A DNA stretch of 37,890 bases from a virus (lineage: Duplodnaviria > Caudoviricetes), in IMG/VR virus record IMGVR_UViG_3300005573_001184, positions 1 through 37,890 of that record, one strand, 5' to 3'. Positions 33,716 to 37,890 of this stretch are shown here, piece after piece. Position numbers and translations under genes: made by a program. Numbering within the stretch: the stretch's first letter is position 1; every line of letters begins with the position of its first letter. The notes beneath the pieces are model-generated. The model was not told where the DNA came from, did no database searches, and saw nothing but the letters and a program-made list of their open reading frames with translations.

Positions 33716-36700
33716 CTACTTGGCTTCCAGACGCTGAGCGTAGGCCTGCTTATCCCACTGCTGGCGTGTCATTATCATCGCGCGTTCGCGCAGGCGCGCC
33801 ATGACCTCGCGGACGCGCGCTTCCTTTTGCTCCGGTCGCTTGCTGTCGAATCCCTCCCGTTTCAACTGCGGCAGCAGGTATTTGCCCATCAGGTCGCCCA
33901 AGTTCCGCAGGTACATCTCTCGAAACTTGTCTGGCATCAAAATGTCCACCGCGCTTTTGCCGCTCCCAAAGTGGATGGTCGGGTTGTAGCCGCCGAGGTC
34001 GAGTTGATACGAATCAACAAGGTCGCGGACTTCGGGCGGTGCGGCTTGTCTCACCTCTCGAACACGGTCGAACTCAGCTTGCCGGCGTTTGCGTTCGAGG
34101 CCCGGCGTACGCTCAAATTTCTTGGGCGCCGTCACCTGCGGCAGCGCCTTGCGATACACCTCCGCCATGCGCGCGATAGGCAGTTCATCGAACAACACGC
34201 CGTACTGCTTGCGCGCTATGGCGTTCTGTTTTTCAACGACGTCTTCCCAGTACTTCTGGCTATAGACGTTCAACCCCAACGGCGTGAGCGCGCCGGCTGC
34301 AACCATCGCCGGCATGGTGTCTTCATCGTACGCCTCGCCCATGGACACAATGCCAAGTGGCGTTGCCCGGCGCATGATTAGATCTACCAGATTGACCTTA
34401 CGGCCAAGGTAGTCCTCGCCAATGGCAAATTCCCAAGGTCCGCTGACCAACGGCCCGGCGTGCCCCCAAAGCCACCGGATAATGGGATTGTCAATGCCAC
34501 CCTCACGGATCGATTTGCCTCGTCGCTCCCAGTCGGCGAGGCGCATGCCCAGCTTCAACCAACTGAGTATGACGTGGCTAAAGCCGATGTGGAACGAACC
34601 CCAGCGCGTGCGGACGATGACATCGAAGTTGCCTTTCGAGAACCGCCGCATGGTCTCCTCAGGCGATGAACCTTGGAGCAGGTCAGTAACGAACGCCAGC
34701 CCAATCCAACTGATCATCATGGTCGTGACAGCCTGTCGGGCGTGGGAAGCAGTCGGCGCGCTGGCAAAAATGTTCGCCAAAGCGTTCGCGCTGGCGACGT
34801 AGTATCTCGGTGCCAGCATTAAGATCGACGCTACGTCGCGTGCGCCCCGGCTCCAACCCATCAGGTCAAGCCGCGCTTGCCCCAGCAGGTTGCGGAGGTC
34901 CTCGAGCCCGCGGAAAGCGTTCAGCCTGCCTTGGCTGTCGTGGTAGGACTCACGCATCGTCTGCCACATGGTCAGGGCAAGGTAGTCGAGCGTCGCGGAA
35001 AATCCAGCGCTGCTCCGCCGGAACGCCTCGCCAAAGTACGCCGCTTTCGTGAATATATTGCTCATTCGCGCGGCCTGCAGGTATTCGATCGGCTCGCCCA
35101 GCGGGAACCCCATTTCGGACATTTCTCTGGCGAGCTTATCCCAATCCTTGCCCCGCTTCAGGAGCTCATCCAGGTAGTCAGGGTTCCTGAAGATCGCGTA
35201 GAACCCAAACGCGCATGCCTTGAAATATTCTCCAATCCGACCGCGTACCAGAAGCCAGGCTGCGCCCAGCACAGCAAGCGTCGCGTTCTGCGACACGTCA
35301 AGCGATAGCATCGCAAGTTTGGACGCGTCATTCGCCTCCAGGAACGCCTTGATTGTCCCACGGCGCTCGGCTGATACCCATTTGACGATTTTCTTCGCAG
35401 TCTCATAGTCGTAGAAGCGCTGGCTAAACGCACCGCGCTCGGGCCGGTAAAAGCCCGGCGGTCCAAGCTGCGCATGCTCCTCGATCGCCTCGAACTGCGT
35501 TGGGTACTTCTCCTTCAAATCACTGTCCAGCTTCCGGTAGGCCTTCTGCGCCGCTTTGGCCTGCTCCGGTGAAGTGGCGTTCTCAATTGCGCGTCTTGCG
35601 TCAGCGAGCTGCGGGAACGCGCTCTCGATCAATTGTCGTCTATAGTCCTTGACGGTCAGACCCTGCAAGGACGGCTCGCTCAGGAGCCGCTTGTTTATCG
35701 CGGTATCGTACAGACTCCTTATCTCGTGTGCTATCACCACGCGCAAGTCCGACGCATACTTCACGCCAGACTCAATGGCTCCGACTTGCGTTGGACTCCG
35801 GCGGAACCGCATGTGCGTGCCCACAGCAGACGGCACCGCTACGATTGGCACGCCGGCACGCGGCGCTGGCTCGAACAATGCCAACCGCGGGAAATGGACG
35901 ATAGTCCCAAGCGGCCCGCGGTTCTCCATGTTCACATCCATTACCTCGCCGGCCCGCTCGACGCCCTCTTTCTCCGCCAGATACCTGACCAATCCTTCAA
36001 TGTCGTTGGCGTACTGGATGGCAAGCTCGCTGATTCTCTTTGGCAACGGAAACAAGTTTGGCGACCGGAGGTGCGCCTCGATTATGTCGCTGGCGATTTC
36101 CCCGAGCTTGTGTTCCTTGATGAAGTCGTCAAAATTTCCGCCCTCGGTGAGAGCGTTGTAAACTTTGCGCGCAGCGGCTAACATTTCAGGATTGTAGTTG
36201 CCTTTCTTATCTGGCCCGAACGCGGCTGCAAGCTCACGGTACTTGTACGCCATCCACTGCGCGTGCCCGTTCACGATTGACTTCATCATGTTCGCCGCCG
36301 ACAAGGCAAGGTCGGCAGGATGCATGAAGACGCCCATAAACCGCCCGGGCGAGATCAATCGCCCAAGGACCGGAATTCGCTCGATGCCGCGAGCGTAAAT
36401 CTCCGATTTCAAGTCGTGCATGGGCGGCAAGGGTGGAAGGTCAAGACCGGTCAGCGGCAATGGCCCTCCGGGCGGCTTTGGCCCGGCTATCCAGCCTTTG
36501 CGCTGGAGCCAACCAACGATGTCGCCTTGGAAACCAGCCCGGCGGAGGGCATTGTGAACGAACGCAACCGCAGGGTGGACTATGCCAAGCTGTTGTCCGG
36601 CAGTGCTGCTGGGCTGCTCCGCAACAGGACGCTCCTTGGAGGCCCCAGAGGGCGCTTCCGGTTTGGCCGGGCCCTCTGGCCCTGCCTCCGGCTTCTTCTC

Positions 36701-37890
36701 CGCCTCGGCAAGAATTTGCTTGGCCCATCGGACGGCAGCGTCACGCGTGTACCAGACATACCACCGCTTACCGTCAGGTGACTTGTAAATCGTGAGCTCC
36801 TCTTTAGGCCGATACTCGGAATGCAGGCTATCAAGGAAATTCAGCGCTCGCTTCTTCGTCTCATAGACATGCGGCCAAGAAAACTGGCTTACGAGCCCCA
36901 ACCACTGCGATTCCGGCGTCGCCAGAATCTGCTTAGCCTTTTCGACATTGCGCTGTCTCTCCTGTTCTTCCTCCCGCGCTCTTTCTTTCTCGCGTACCGC
37001 GGTGTATTCCTCGGACAGCTCTTTCAACCGACGGTATTCAGCCTCAAGATCGGCCGGGGCGTACTTGCTCCTCTCTGCAAGAGCCTTCGCGAACCGGCGC
37101 TCCTCCTCAGGCAAGTACCGAAGCTCATCGACTTTCCTCAGAAACTCCTTCGCCCGCCTTTCCGCCGCGTACCACTCCACGTGTTTTGCAACCAGCTCAG
37201 GAAGCGATTTCTCCTCGTACGCCAAGGTATCCCATTCTCTCAGGAACGCGTTGCCAGCCTCCAACTCGTTTAATCCCTGGCGCTTGGCTTCCCCCATCCA
37301 TTCCCGCTCCGCACGCTCGTACGCTGTTTTGTCTCCGAGTCTCGCGCGTTCCCAAGCCGCCGCGATGGGATTCTTTGATGTCAACCGGTCTTCGCTCTCC
37401 GCCATACGAACCGTGGCATCGACGGCGTCGTATGCTTCCATCGCCGCGTCTATTTTACTTGAAACCTCCGCAAGCTGAGCATGGATTTCCTTCCAACGCT
37501 TGGAGCCTCTCTTGGCGTTCTCCAGCTGACTCAGGAGTTCCTTGTGCTTTGCGCCCAAATCATCAAGCGTTTTCCGAGCCTTCCTCCGTTCCTCCTCTAG
37601 TGCCATTCGTTCCGGCGTCCCTTTTGCGGGCGTCTTGCGCTGGTATGGTTCGGTTGGCGCCTCGGCTGCTGCTGTGTCGGGTCTCGTCTCCGGTGCCACC
37701 GCGGTCTCGCCAACCGCTGGCGCGGTCGGTTTCTGCCCTGTCCGTGCAAGTGCCTGTTCCAGTGTCTCCTTCTTCGGGTCAAACTCAGGAAGATACCACG
37801 ACGTGCCGTCTGCGAATTCGCCCCTCACCGTGAACGTGCCCGGTTTGATTCCGTTTTCTCCGTAGTACTGCACGCGCACGCCCTCTGGAA
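33716..37890 (-). CDS. Very large internal virion/ejection-type protein, 3' part (>1390 aa, 5' end outside the window)
   Basis: Frame open to the window edge. Helical, E/K/R/A-rich, with hydrophobic segments and a GEDYLGRK-type C-terminal region like large polyvalent phage proteins. Same strand as the virion genes. Confidence 0.65.
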   Translation of the reverse strand, partial: PEGVRVQYYGENGIKPGTFTVRGEFADGTSWYLPEFDPKKETLEQALARTGQKPTAPAVGETAVAPETRPDTAAAEAPTEPYQRKTPAKGTPERMALEEERRKARKTLDDLGAKHKELLSQLENAKRGSKRWKEIHAQLAEVSSKIDAAMEAYDAVDATVRMAESEDRLTSKNPIAAAWERARLGDKTAYERAEREWMGEAKRQGLNELEAGNAFLREWDTLAYEEKSLPELVAKHVEWYAAERRAKEFLRKVDELRYLPEEERRFAKALAERSKYAPADLEAEYRRLKELSEEYTAVREKERAREEEQERQRNVEKAKQILATPESQWLGLVSQFSWPHVYETKKRALNFLDSLHSEYRPKEELTIYKSPDGKRWYVWYTRDAAVRWAKQILAEAEKKPEAGPEGPAKPEAPSGASKERPVAEQPSSTAGQQLGIVHPAVAFVHNALRRAGFQGDIVGWLQRKGWIAGPKPPGGPLPLTGLDLPPLPPMHDLKSEIYARGIERIPVLGRLISPGRFMGVFMHPADLALSAANMMKSIVNGHAQWMAYKYRELAAAFGPDKKGNYNPEMLAAARKVYNALTEGGNFDDFIKEHKLGEIASDIIEAHLRSPNLFPLPKRISELAIQYANDIEGLVRYLAEKEGVERAGEVMDVNMENRGPLGTIVHFPRLALFEPAPRAGVPIVAVPSAVGTHMRFRRSPTQVGAIESGVKYASDLRVVIAHEIRSLYDTAINKRLLSEPSLQGLTVKDYRRQLIESAFPQLADARRAIENATSPEQAKAAQKAYRKLDSDLKEKYPTQFEAIEEHAQLGPPGFYRPERGAFSQRFYDYETAKKIVKWVSAERRGTIKAFLEANDASKLAMLSLDVSQNATLAVLGAAWLLVRGRIGEYFKACAFGFYAIFRNPDYLDELLKRGKDWDKLAREMSEMGFPLGEPIEYLQAARMSNIFTKAAYFGEAFRRSSAGFSATLDYLALTMWQTMRESYHDSQGRLNAFRGLEDLRNLLGQARLDLMGWSRGARDVASILMLAPRYYVASANALANIFASAPTASHARQAVTTMMISWIGLAFVTDLLQGSSPEETMRRFSKGNFDVIVRTRWGSFHIGFSHVILSWLKLGMRLADWERRGKSIREGGIDNPIIRWLWGHAGPLVSGPWEFAIGEDYLGRKVNLVDLIMRRATPLGIVSMGEAYDEDTMPAMVAAGALTPLGLNVYSQKYWEDVVEKQNAIARKQYGVLFDELPIARMAEVYRKALPQVTAPKKFERTPGLERKRRQAEFDRVREVRQAAPPEVRDLVDSYQLDLGGYNPTIHFGSGKSAVDILMPDKFREMYLRNLGDLMGKYLLPQLKREGFDSKRPEQKEARVREVMARLRERAMIMTRQQWDKQAYAQRLEAK

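Noticed and set aside
33648-33737. 29-aa hydrophobic micro-ORF at the convergence point
   Set aside because: Too short, overlaps the opposing gene end, no supporting evidence.

Overview
About 38 kb of a tailed dsDNA phage genome, probably podovirus-like. The window is open at both ends; no integrase, rRNA, tRNA or CRISPR array was seen. Minus strand 1-17.6 kb is the virion module: two signal-peptide-bearing genes (one a tailspike), major capsid, scaffold, portal and large terminase. A five-gene sugar-modification cluster sits between terminase and portal (HldC-like nucleotidyltransferase, radical SAM, GT2, methyltransferase, three-domain glycosyltransferase). Plus strand 17.7-24.7 kb is replication (VRR-NUC, DnaB, Dam-type methylase, initiator with an internal iteron origin, MmcB-like nuclease), followed by an accessory operon (DUF1828-like gene with an in-frame TAG, HTH, two Panacea/SocA-like paralogs). 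24.7-26.6 kb is mostly non-coding, with G-runs and a possible terminase small subunit. Plus strand 26.6-33.7 kb is a probable early operon behind a sigma54-type promoter with palindromic upstream sites and an IHF-like site. Its first four genes are separated by repeated, covarying structured-RNA cassettes: a long hairpin motif (3 copies) and an H-type pseudoknot abutting the RBS (3 copies plus a variant). It includes a Csx20-like candidate ring nuclease, a Rad52/Mgm101-like annealase and a PD-(D/E)XK nuclease. The right end is the 3' part of a very large internal-virion-type protein. All family assignments are from motif recognition by eye; no searches were run.
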